This document shows, one piece after another, positions 15,336 through 24,152 of a DNA stretch of 64,000 nt. The DNA lies in the IMG/VR virus record IMGVR_UViG_3300027969_000041; one strand, written 5' to 3'. The position numbers and the translations under genes were made by a program. Origin of the DNA: a virus (taxonomy: Duplodnaviria; Caudoviricetes). Position 1 is the first letter of the stretch. Each line of letters begins with the position of its first letter. The notes under the pieces are model-generated. The model made no database searches and was not told where the DNA came from. It saw only the letters and a program-made list of their open reading frames with translations.

Positions 15336-15887
15336 ATGACAAAGAAAAACTTTCAAGGACACCTGCTAGTAGCCAATCCCAATAATCCTCGGGATGACCT
15401 AGAAAAGGCTGTGATACTCCTAATCGGACACGGAGTTGAAAAGGTGTTTGGGCTCCAAATCAACAATCCCTATGATGATCTAAGTGTGCAAAACATATCT
15501 TCTAGTATAGGCATTGAGCTAGTAGATGATGCAAGGATCTATCGTGGTGGCAGTAACAACATGGGCAAAATCAGCTTTATTCACAGCACAGATTGGAGTG
15601 GATTAAGCACAACATTTATCACCGAGCATCTGGCTTTGACCAATGATATATCTGTGTTAACAGCTATTAGTCGCGGAGAAGGTCCGGAGTTTTATAGGGC
15701 CTGTGCAGGACATTGGTTATGGGACAGAAACCAATTAGATCAGCAGATGGATCCGCATACCAGTACTCGTTACAAGTGGGAACCAGTGCCTGCCACAGTT
15801 GAAACAGTGTTCGACTCCGAAGGCGAAGAACAATGGCAAACAGCATTAGAAGCCAGTGCCCGCTATCAAGTATCCGCTTGGTTTTAA
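15336..15887 (+). CDS. yqgE: YqgE/AlgH family protein (DUF179)
   Basis: HLLVANP...KAVILL...GLQINNP...YRGG...FIHS...GHWLW..NQLDQQM...VFD...QW pattern. Confidence 0.75.
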   Translation: MTKKNFQGHLLVANPNNPRDDLEKAVILLIGHGVEKVFGLQINNPYDDLSVQNISSSIGIELVDDARIYRGGSNNMGKISFIHSTDWSGLSTTFITEHLALTNDISVLTAISRGEGPEFYRACAGHWLWDRNQLDQQMDPHTSTRYKWEPVPATVETVFDSEGEEQWQTALEASARYQVSAWF

Positions 15888-17362
15888 TCTTTTTCCGGAT
15901 TTAAGTTATTCAACATATTACGGATACTGGGTCCGGCAGTTGCTTTAACTCGGGGCTTTTCTAGATTAAACCCTTCTTTAGGACTAGCACGCTCCCACTG
16001 TGAAGATGATGGAGTATTTTCATCCGAAGTAGCGGTACTGACTACACTGGTGCGTTTAAAAGTATTCATCATTGAGCTCTGTCCTTGAGCCCGTTGTTGG
16101 CTAAAGCTAGATTCTTCTTCTTCACCTAGATCAGTAATACGCAGGGTGTCCACATTGAATTCTAGGTCAACCTTTTGTCCCACACCACTACTGCTACGTG
16201 TCTTCATAAACTGGATCTGATAACGACCACGTTCCTTCATAGCACGGCTGGTAAAGATACCAATTACATTATCTGCTGTCATAATCTTTGACAGGCCGCC
16301 ACTGATGTGACTGTGATCAAACTCAATTTCTTCAACTGCACTACGGTTTAACTGACTTGCTGTAACAGTTACACATTGGGTTTCCATGGCCAAATTACGG
16401 ATCTCTTCTGATACATATTTGTCTTTAACAAACAGATCGCTAGGACTTACCTTCACTGATAAAGGCATCATCAAATCGAGGTAATCTATTAATAAAACGT
16501 CAGCTTTTACACCTTTTTTGACCTGATATTCCTTCAAATAGGCTCGAATATCGTTACAATTTTTACCTGAGGGCATATACTTGATCTGCATACTACCCGA
16601 CTTCTTTCCCATCATTTTAACCTTCAATTCCACATCGTCGATGTTCTTAAAGATCTCACGAGTTGGGATACCTGTGGTCATAGAATCCAGTCGCATACTC
16701 ACTAATTTCTCGCTCAATTCAAAAGTTAGGTACAGTACATTGAGTCCTTGTTGTGCCCAGTTTACACCCAGGTTGGCTAAGAACAAACTCTTACCGCCAC
16801 CGGATCCTGCACAGAAAATGTTGAGCTCACCCCGATTAAATCCGCCATAGAGCTTTTTATCGATACTAGGCCATCCTGTGCTAATCTGCCCATTTCCGTC
16901 CTTGAGTGATTCTAGGCGTCCTCTAGGATCTTCAAAGTAATCTGTACCCATATCCTTGTTCAAGCTGATCTGTATAGCATCCTTGATCAGTTTTTCTACA
17001 GGGCCGTAGTCACCTACTTCTAGCAAATCACTGCTCTTAACAATAGCTCTTTCTAGCCCTTTATGTCGACTAAAGTTTTCAAATTCATCCATGAGCCAAT
17101 CATAGTTTTCTCTGGGCAATGTCAGTGATTGGAAGTCACTGCGTGTGGCTGCATTAACAATAGCAACCTCGGGCATGACCTTATATTCGTCCACATATTT
17201 GTAAATAAACTCTGCGGAATCTTGTAGTCTTTGATCAAAGTTTTCATAATCAAAGATATTCTGGCAACGTACAAATGTTTCTGCATCTGACAGGAACATT
17301 TCTATATACAACTTCTGCATGGCAAAGTCATAATTTGGTTTATCGTGTTTTTCTTTATTCAT
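15884..17362 (-). CDS. gp41: Replicative DnaB-like helicase (T4 gp41-like)
   Basis: AGSGGGKS Walker A, TFELSE, LLIDYLDLM, TASQLNR, KTRSS. Confidence 0.93.
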   Translation of the reverse strand: MNKEKHDKPNYDFAMQKLYIEMFLSDAETFVRCQNIFDYENFDQRLQDSAEFIYKYVDEYKVMPEVAIVNAATRSDFQSLTLPRENYDWLMDEFENFSRHKGLERAIVKSSDLLEVGDYGPVEKLIKDAIQISLNKDMGTDYFEDPRGRLESLKDGNGQISTGWPSIDKKLYGGFNRGELNIFCAGSGGGKSLFLANLGVNWAQQGLNVLYLTFELSEKLVSMRLDSMTTGIPTREIFKNIDDVELKVKMMGKKSGSMQIKYMPSGKNCNDIRAYLKEYQVKKGVKADVLLIDYLDLMMPLSVKVSPSDLFVKDKYVSEEIRNLAMETQCVTVTASQLNRSAVEEIEFDHSHISGGLSKIMTADNVIGIFTSRAMKERGRYQIQFMKTRSSSGVGQKVDLEFNVDTLRITDLGEEEESSFSQQRAQGQSSMMNTFKRTSVVSTATSDENTPSSSQWERASPKEGFNLEKPRVKATAGPSIRNMLNNLNPEKD

Positions 17363-18353
17363 CTTTTAGTGCTTCTAGTTTTTTCTTTAGTAAATTAATC
17401 TTAATCTCACCGTGGACTTTATAGTGAAGAATAGTACTTAGCACATAAAGTCTTCCGTACTTTTTAACTGCGTCTGCAATATCTTTAATATCGTCACCCC
17501 AGGGCGGCAAACTGGCACTCCAGCCATTCTTAATTGCCGCAGCCAACATCTTAGCCCCTGGTTTGTCTTTATCAGGTACAACAATAACTTCACGCCCTAG
17601 GTTATTCAACCGCATGATTTGAGCATCATTAGGTTCGTTAGTCATGATACCTACACCATCTACTGCAATGGCATCGAACTGCCCTTCGGCTACAATAACA
17701 AACTTTCTATCATAGTTTTGTGCATCTATATTAAACACATAACCGCTTTGACTATCTGTGAGATACTTAGGGTTACCCGGTTTAATTTTTCGTCCAGTAT
17801 ACCCAACAATCTTACCTTCGTGATAGAAAGGAATGATAACTCGATCACGGAATCCTGGAGCCGCACTCCAATGCCAGTTGTACCAATCCCAACTCATCTT
17901 ACGCTCATCTACAAGATAAGAAATTACGGCAAGTAAGTCAGGTTCCTGGACACCGTTTGTAATCCAATTATCGATAGGAAAACATTCTTCGGGTAATGGT
18001 TTTTCAAGCATTACCAAATTTAGTGTTTTCTTAAGAACAGGTTGATCGTCTTTGATCTTTAAGGCGGCTAGATTGAGTTTACCAATATCCGCTTCATTCA
18101 TACCTAGCCAGCTGAATAAGTTTCTGGTATTCTTGCTTAGTAGTTTACCAGGAGTCCATCCTGCGGCAAAGTGACAATTGAAGCAGTGATATACAAATCC
18201 GTCACTTTCTACTCGTACCCCGCCACGAAGTTTAGTGTCTTGCCCTTCACCACGATGCTGACAGCAAGGTGCATTGAAACTTGTCCAACCACCTGTAGTT
18301 AGTTTTCGTTTAGACGGAAGTAATGCTAATAATGCAGATTGTATATCGTTCAC
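17355..18353 (-). CDS. gp61: DNA primase (T4 gp61-like)
   Basis: Zn motif (CC..R; HCFNC), RVIIPF, TOPRIM EGQFDA and PDKDKPG. Confidence 0.9.
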   Translation of the reverse strand: MNDIQSALLALLPSKRKLTTGGWTSFNAPCCQHRGEGQDTKLRGGVRVESDGFVYHCFNCHFAAGWTPGKLLSKNTRNLFSWLGMNEADIGKLNLAALKIKDDQPVLKKTLNLVMLEKPLPEECFPIDNWITNGVQEPDLLAVISYLVDERKMSWDWYNWHWSAAPGFRDRVIIPFYHEGKIVGYTGRKIKPGNPKYLTDSQSGYVFNIDAQNYDRKFVIVAEGQFDAIAVDGVGIMTNEPNDAQIMRLNNLGREVIVVPDKDKPGAKMLAAAIKNGWSASLPPWGDDIKDIADAVKKYGRLYVLSTILHYKVHGEIKINLLKKKLEALKDE

Positions 18354-18362
18354 TAATACAGT

Positions 18363-19196
18363 TTAGCATCTGTATAGAACTTTGTCAAGCGAACCGTAGA
18401 AAGCAGGATTGTCATTATTTGATTCTGCAGGAGCTGTAGCCGGGACATGTATAACTCGAACATAGGTAAACACACCTGTAAAGTTTACACAATCAATTCC
18501 GGTAAAACCGTTATATACCTTAGTAGCAACGGTCACATAGTTACCAGAACCACCTGGACTATTATCTAAAGTACTTTGAATGTAAACTGTACCTTTGTAG
18601 GCGGCCATATAAATTGCCATTGTATGCAGAGCGTTATTTCCGTTGTATTCTGGATAAGCATAAACATTCCCACTCTTGTGCTCGTATTTGAATATAGCAT
18701 CATTATAGGTAGGTAAGAATGAAGTTATCTCTTGGCTAGGTTGTAGGATAGGAAATGCGTCTTGTTGGACATGCAAGGTGCCAGCAACTCCGTAATAAGT
18801 GTTAGCGTATGCAGGAAGATAAGTGCCATCTGTGTCCTGCATCTTTACAGTATATTTGTAGCTGGTACGGGTTAGATCGACTGTATCACTTTCAGATAGC
18901 GTTAGTAACGCTATTCCTTTAGTACCTGTACTTTCCTCTAAAACTTCCAATCTCTTTTCAACAATTTGGCGCTGGTCTATAGCATCAAACATGGAAAAAA
19001 CAAATGTCTGGGTATTACTAATAGATACTCGTTTCTGGTCGCTATTCTTAAATTGAATGCGTACCTGATTCTTGATACCCTTTTGTATTGTTAAGTCGCG
19101 TTGATACATAACCTGGTTCACTCCTCGAACTGTCGAATCCAAATCTAATATTACATCGAGTGTATTAGAATATAAATAGATTGGTAAAATTTGCAT
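18363..19196 (-). CDS. Probable virion protein with BppU-like N-terminal Ig fold
   Basis: Late promoter box; IQKGIKNQVRIQFKNSDQK...GIALLTL...YKYTV. Confidence 0.5.
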   Translation of the reverse strand: MQILPIYLYSNTLDVILDLDSTVRGVNQVMYQRDLTIQKGIKNQVRIQFKNSDQKRVSISNTQTFVFSMFDAIDQRQIVEKRLEVLEESTGTKGIALLTLSESDTVDLTRTSYKYTVKMQDTDGTYLPAYANTYYGVAGTLHVQQDAFPILQPSQEITSFLPTYNDAIFKYEHKSGNVYAYPEYNGNNALHTMAIYMAAYKGTVYIQSTLDNSPGGSGNYVTVATKVYNGFTGIDCVNFTGVFTYVRVIHVPATAPAESNNDNPAFYGSLDKVLYRC

Positions 19197-19210
19197 ATTA
19201 GTATTTATCG

Positions 19211-19594
19211 ATGCCCTTAAACAATACCTTTCAAGAAAACTATCCTTTCGTTGCCTGCGTCAAATCTAATGACATAGAGTATGTGGGGATTGTCATCAAT
19301 TTTGACAGCTACATAGCTAGTATGTATGATATATCCGCTATTAAATCTGATGAAGAAAAGAAGATATTTTTAGAAATGGGAGAAGCATGGTGGTGGGAAA
19401 GTAATAGGAAAATACCAATCAATATTTTTCTAAAGAAAGAAATGCAGGCTTTTAGATATGCTATTAAAACATTTAATAGCAAGGATACAAAGATAGTATT
19501 CGGACCAGTGGTAAATCTCAGCGAAATAGCTGAGAAACGCATTAAACGAAAATCAATTCAATTAGTTAGAATTCCTAAGAGTATTCGTAACTAA
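19211..19594 (+). CDS. Hypothetical protein
   Basis: TATAAATA at 19171-19178 upstream; WWWESNRKIPI motif. Confidence 0.7.
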   Translation: MPLNNTFQENYPFVACVKSNDIEYVGIVINFDSYIASMYDISAIKSDEEKKIFLEMGEAWWWESNRKIPINIFLKKEMQAFRYAIKTFNSKDTKIVFGPVVNLSEIAEKRIKRKSIQLVRIPKSIRN

Positions 19595-20156
19595 TACCTT
19601 CACAAATTAAATTCATCTGTACCACAATAACGTGGGCATAGGCCACAGCATGGGCCTTCTTAAAATAGTATTCGTCACCTTCTGGTTTTACCCAGACATC
19701 ATTCATAACTTCGTCCCAACTCTTACCTATTAGATGTCTTTTTGCAGGACGGATCATTGCTAGAACTGCTGCCAGTTGAAGAATGTTCTTAGGTTTCATT
19801 TGTGTTAAAACACTATGATGCCCATTGACATGAAACAACATATCAGAAAATTCTTGTTGTTCTAATAAATCCCAAAGAGGTTCTGTGTTAATTAATCTAA
19901 TTAACTGTTCTTCGTTTTTTATTTGTTGGTAAAGACTAACATTAAGAAAATCAATCTTAAAATAACCTCTATCTTCTGCAGACTTATAATCAATACTAGC
20001 TGTGCCAGTTAGTGGATTGTGCGGAATAGCAGTACAATATACACCAGTATTGTGTTTCTTAAAAGTTCCATCTTTGTCTACTATAGTCGCAGGAACGTGC
20101 TTGATTTTGTCAAGTACATTATTTCTATCAGCAAAGTCAATATCAATATCCGGCAA
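19575..20156 (-). CDS. dnaE: Miniature DNA polymerase III alpha (DnaE)-like protein
   Basis: PDIDIDF, HNTGVY, GYFKIDFL, AVLAMIRP, YFKKAHAVAY motifs in 193 aa; TTG start. Confidence 0.8.
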   Translation of the reverse strand: MPDIDIDFADRNNVLDKIKHVPATIVDKDGTFKKHNTGVYCTAIPHNPLTGTASIDYKSAEDRGYFKIDFLNVSLYQQIKNEEQLIRLINTEPLWDLLEQQEFSDMLFHVNGHHSVLTQMKPKNILQLAAVLAMIRPAKRHLIGKSWDEVMNDVWVKPEGDEYYFKKAHAVAYAHVIVVQMNLICEGISYEYS

Positions 20157-20925
20157 TTCTAATCTCGTCGTAACTTGGTGCGTAGTTTCCGCGATGTTGT
20201 ACAGTTATACCTGCCGCAACGTTAGCAAATATTATAGCTTTTTCTATGTCTTTTGTAAAGAGGTATTGAGTAACTAATGCTGCCATGAAGGTATCTCCAC
20301 ACCCGCACACATCCATGACTTCTACTTTTTTGGTAGGATATATTTGGTCGTTGTACATTGCACCTCGACTACCTAGTGTAACAATTAAATTGTCATGAAT
20401 GGATGTAGTATTATTGTATTCTAATTCATTAATTTTGATAAAAACATTTGGTTGATTAAACATACTTAGATCTCGTTTTTTAGTATCAATGAATATCGGA
20501 CAATCAGAATTTCTAATTACTTGATATATTTGACCATCTGATAAGAATCCTTTATTGTAATCTGAGATTACAATAATGTCATATTCTTCTATAGGAAATG
20601 GGGTGACTCCACTCCAATTAGGTACAGTTGGTTCGTCATCTACTCGCAACAAATGTTGACCCGAACGCTCATCAATGAATCGAGTTTTTGTTACAGGACT
20701 GTCATTGGTAACAAAATCTGCTTCAATATTTAAGTTAATCAAATTAAGATTAACATTAGCGGCCATACCCGGAAGTTCGTATGTATCAATAATTTTTAAT
20801 ACAGGGACCGGAGCCTCTGGACTTATCCTGTCCACTGTGCCTATATTATATTTGTCAATACAACTATCACCGATTAGTAATACGTTGAATGATGTTTGAT
20901 GTTGAGTATCCTGAGACGATTTCAT
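20143..20925 (-). CDS. hldA: HldE/RfaE domain I-like sugar-phosphate kinase (PfkB family)
   Basis: LIGDSCID...RISPEAPVPV, GMAANV, KTRF, SDYNKG, DVCGCGDTF. Confidence 0.85.
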   Translation of the reverse strand: MKSSQDTQHQTSFNVLLIGDSCIDKYNIGTVDRISPEAPVPVLKIIDTYELPGMAANVNLNLINLNIEADFVTNDSPVTKTRFIDERSGQHLLRVDDEPTVPNWSGVTPFPIEEYDIIVISDYNKGFLSDGQIYQVIRNSDCPIFIDTKKRDLSMFNQPNVFIKINELEYNNTTSIHDNLIVTLGSRGAMYNDQIYPTKKVEVMDVCGCGDTFMAALVTQYLFTKDIEKAIIFANVAAGITVQHRGNYAPSYDEIRIAGY

Positions 20926-21265
20926 AAAATTTAATTTCTTTGCAAAGATGTTCGCCTACAATATGTTTGTGTTCGTAGTCGCTGCCTTTGACCATAATGT
21001 CTGGCTGGTATGTTTCTAAAATATATTCTAACTCTGCTTCATCGGCAAATGTCCAAACAGCATCTACACACTTTAATCCTTGAAGCATATATGCTCTATC
21101 GCTTTGATTATTAATTGGACGGTCTGGTCCTTTAAGCTGTTTTACTCTAGTATCAGTGTCAATACAGACCAATAAATATTCTCCAAGACTTCTTGCATAT
21201 TCTAACATTTCAACATGGCCGCGATGAAGAATATCAAAAGTTCCATTTACAACTATTCTACTCAT
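20867..21265 (-). CDS. hldC: HldE/RfaE domain II-like nucleotidyltransferase
   Basis: NGTFDILHRGH, KGPDRPIN, VKGSDY, YSTSNII. Confidence 0.85.
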   Translation of the reverse strand: MSRIVVNGTFDILHRGHVEMLEYARSLGEYLLVCIDTDTRVKQLKGPDRPINNQSDRAYMLQGLKCVDAVWTFADEAELEYILETYQPDIMVKGSDYEHKHIVGEHLCKEIKFYEIVSGYSTSNIIQRITNR

Positions 21266-21621
21266 TGTTGACTATCGCCTTTCATAACACGGTAATTGTC
21301 CTCTACACTATCGGGCGTACTAACTTCGATTAGTGTGCCTTCTTCTAAGCAGATAACCTGATGTGGTAGCAATGGAGGATTATGCCAAGTATCATTTGGT
21401 CCTAGTATTGTTTCATATTGAGTTGCGTTAGCAGTATTAATACAAATGACTTTAAATTTTCCGCTTAATACAAACCATGTTTCATCTTTTACTGAATGGA
21501 AGTGCATACTAAATTTTGCACCTGCATCAAATTTCAAAAGTTTTCCACAATACTTATCGTTGGTTGCAAAGATAAATTCATTACCCCAACCTTTTTCTAC
21601 AAATCCGTTTAATCTTGTCAT
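21262..21621 (-). CDS. Cupin-fold sugar-phosphate isomerase/epimerase-like protein
   Basis: KGWGNE...SMHFHSVKDETW...PHQ...EVSTPDSVEDNYR. Confidence 0.75.
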   Translation of the reverse strand: MTRLNGFVEKGWGNEFIFATNDKYCGKLLKFDAGAKFSMHFHSVKDETWFVLSGKFKVICINTANATQYETILGPNDTWHNPPLLPHQVICLEEGTLIEVSTPDSVEDNYRVMKGDSQQ

Positions 21622-21995
21622 AGTTCTCCGCTTTCAGCCAGTTTTAACATTAGGCTATAATGTTCGTATGCTTTTTTAACAGCAGGGTATTTGTTTTTCA
21701 AATACTTCTCTTGTTCTTTTTGTTCCATGAGCATTTCAAACATTTGGTAATGTCCTTGTTTTTTCATATTATTAAAAACTTGTGCTTCAAAATCTGCAAT
21801 ACGTTCTAATTCACTTTCAGCAATCTCTACAGTATACATGGGTTCCGAATCATATACAACCTCTGAAACTACTGCATTAAAATCTATAGGATCTTTAAAG
21901 TAATTCATATTAACTTTATGATATCGATGTGCTCGTTTGTTAGTATCGAGAATGCGTATCTTATGTTCTTCGCAGAAGTGTCTTATATTTTCCAT
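21618..21995 (-). CDS. Hypothetical protein
   Basis: Start reassigned to ATG 21995 just after upstream stop. Confidence 0.7.
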   Translation of the reverse strand: MENIRHFCEEHKIRILDTNKRAHRYHKVNMNYFKDPIDFNAVVSEVVYDSEPMYTVEIAESELERIADFEAQVFNNMKKQGHYQMFEMLMEQKEQEKYLKNKYPAVKKAYEHYSLMLKLAESGEL

Positions 21996-21997
21996 AC

Positions 21998-22693
21998 TTA
22001 TTTGATGCCTGCCTCTTGGCATATTTCTTTTACTAATGCTACATCCGCAGGAACTTCTTTGAACTTGCGTATCCAATAAGGAACATCAATAGCTAAAGAT
22101 ATCATTTCTAATTGTTCGTCACTCATGTTACGTAGCATGGTCTGACCTGTACCGCTGTTTAGAATTACCCAAGCACTAATATGGCCGTTTCTAATATCGT
22201 GTACTGCTTTATTAAGACTGGCATAGGCAAAGTAATGTGAAAAATCTGCGTTATGTTCTTCACCCCATTCCATCATAGTTTTCAATGTACGTTGAACTGC
22301 GGATTCAACTGGTTCTGTTTTAAGAATATCATATAGATATTTTTCGTACAACTCATCTCTGCACCAGAAGTCTAATTTAACACCGCTCTTAATAACATAG
22401 TCAATGAACTTGTCAGGATACAGTGGACTAACATTATTAATAAAACTACCAAACTTTACAAAGGCATTGTAGTAACTGCTGTCGGCAAAGTTGTCATAGG
22501 TCTTAAGAACTTTGGCATTTTGCGTTAATTGCCAAAAGCGATTAAAGGCCATAAAGCCTGCTTGAACACGCTTCTCATCTTTTTGTAGAGCACGCCTTTT
22601 TCTTTCGCACATGTGGGATACCAGAGTTCTCTCTTGCATAAAACTCTTTTTACAATGCACACATTTATAAGGTTGTTCTACTAATGCTATCAT
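21998..22693 (-). CDS. Hypothetical protein with N-terminal C2HC zinc finger
   Basis: YKCVHCKKSF...SHMC. Confidence 0.75.
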   Translation of the reverse strand: MIALVEQPYKCVHCKKSFMQERTLVSHMCERKRRALQKDEKRVQAGFMAFNRFWQLTQNAKVLKTYDNFADSSYYNAFVKFGSFINNVSPLYPDKFIDYVIKSGVKLDFWCRDELYEKYLYDILKTEPVESAVQRTLKTMMEWGEEHNADFSHYFAYASLNKAVHDIRNGHISAWVILNSGTGQTMLRNMSDEQLEMISLAIDVPYWIRKFKEVPADVALVKEICQEAGIK

Positions 22694-22899
22694 TTAATTC
22701 CGAAATGTTCTTTAATCTTTTTCACGGGAATAATATCACCTTCTTCTCGATAGGGTCCATCATATGACCATTTGTCAACAATAACAATACATTCCCGCAC
22801 AATCAACTCGGCAAGTTCATCAGCTTTATCAACTGCAATCCACTTACCACTAATGTCAGTTCCTACTTGATTAATTAATTGTCTAATATCGTTATTCAT
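22690..22899 (-). CDS. Hypothetical protein
   Basis: Start at ATG 22899 (MNNDIRQLI) avoids a long overlap. Confidence 0.6.
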   Translation of the reverse strand: MNNDIRQLINQVGTDISGKWIAVDKADELAELIVRECIVIVDKWSYDGPYREEGDIIPVKKIKEHFGIK

Positions 22900-23359
22900 A
22901 TTCTTTTCTTTGTTTTTTGTCAAAACCCATCTTATCAAACAGTTCTTTAATATCGTTTTTATCCATCATTTTAGCTAACATTTTAATCTCGGCCATCTTC
23001 ATTGCTGGATAGAGGTCAACTAAAAGTTTTTCAATCTTGTTAGCTTTTTCTTTTTTACCTGAAGCAAGATAAGGATGATAACAGTTAACACCCGTACCGG
23101 TTGCCGCAAAGAGTTTCCACAATAGTTCTTTATGATTCTTACTGAGATCCCAGTGATTTTTATTAACCATTTCATTAGTCATCTCTAAGTACCATTCTTG
23201 GATATCTCGGTCAGGCATTTGCACACTGGCGGTATATCGCATTAGTATATAGGGACTAAATGCTTTGCGTTCATCGTCTGTTAGTTTTGCATAGAAGTCG
23301 TAGTTCTTTTGATCTACTGCCCTAAGTTCACGCTGAATATCAAGTTTTGCGGTTGCCAT
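22892..23359 (-). CDS. gp62: Sliding-clamp-loader small subunit-like protein (T4 gp62-like)
   Basis: FSPYILMRY...EMVNKNH...KELLW pattern; located in replication cluster. Confidence 0.55.
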   Translation of the reverse strand: MATAKLDIQRELRAVDQKNYDFYAKLTDDERKAFSPYILMRYTASVQMPDRDIQEWYLEMTNEMVNKNHWDLSKNHKELLWKLFAATGTGVNCYHPYLASGKKEKANKIEKLLVDLYPAMKMAEIKMLAKMMDKNDIKELFDKMGFDKKQRKEYE

Positions 23360-23645
23360 ATCTTTTCTCGTAATCACTAGTAAGTTTGTATATTAGTATA
23401 CATTGTTCTAAGGCTTTTTGCAAGGCAGGATTATCCTTTGCGGCACGACGAATATTTCCCCAAAGTTTACCTTCCATTATATGCTCGTGCATTGGGCGTC
23501 CGTCGTCGGTCCTCGGATCCAACTTACCTTCGTATTGATAACCGATTAATTTTCTCGATTGGATAGGTGATCCAACTTCGCGGGCGTACACTTCTTCGCC
23601 GTTACGCTCGTAAATTAAACCTGCTCCTGGTGTAAGGTTTCCCAT
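23340..23645 (-). CDS. Hypothetical protein
   Basis: Tightly packed ORF in operon. Confidence 0.65.
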   Translation of the reverse strand: MGNLTPGAGLIYERNGEEVYAREVGSPIQSRKLIGYQYEGKLDPRTDDGRPMHEHIMEGKLWGNIRRAAKDNPALQKALEQCILIYKLTSDYEKRYGNRKT

Positions 23646-23648
23646 ATA

Positions 23649-24152
23649 TTACCAGCATCTAGTATAATCAACTAATTCACTTTGTCTACTAACTTCTTTG
23701 ACAAAGTATGCACAGGTCGGTTTAGGCCCTGTGTGTAATGGAGTACATAATAATTGTCCAGGTCTCATTTTAGGAAAGTACCATTTAACATCTTGATAGA
23801 TATCAATAATATCAATCTCTAAAAATTCTGGTCTAAAACTGCTTAGAGGGTTAAAACAAAATGTTTTAAATCCGCGATCATTTAAACTTGTTAATGGAAG
23901 TATTTCCATATCAGGGCCTTCTGGATCACCGACAATAGTACACCAATCTAATGGCATTACTAATTCGTGTTTGCCAATTTTCAGTGCGGCTGCTGGTCCA
24001 GTAAAACTTTCTAAAAATATTAGTGGAACAAAGAAATAATCCGGGTTAGAACTATCACTGTTATCTAGTACAGAAAATCTTAGATCATCATCTATCTCTT
24101 CTGGTAGGTCGTTGAGATAAAATACTTTATCCTCTAGTGTTAAAATTTGCAT
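23649..24152 (-). CDS. Hypothetical protein
   Basis: Tightly packed ORF directly downstream of uvsW. Confidence 0.75.
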   Translation of the reverse strand: MQILTLEDKVFYLNDLPEEIDDDLRFSVLDNSDSSNPDYFFVPLIFLESFTGPAAALKIGKHELVMPLDWCTIVGDPEGPDMEILPLTSLNDRGFKTFCFNPLSSFRPEFLEIDIIDIYQDVKWYFPKMRPGQLLCTPLHTGPKPTCAYFVKEVSRQSELVDYTRCW

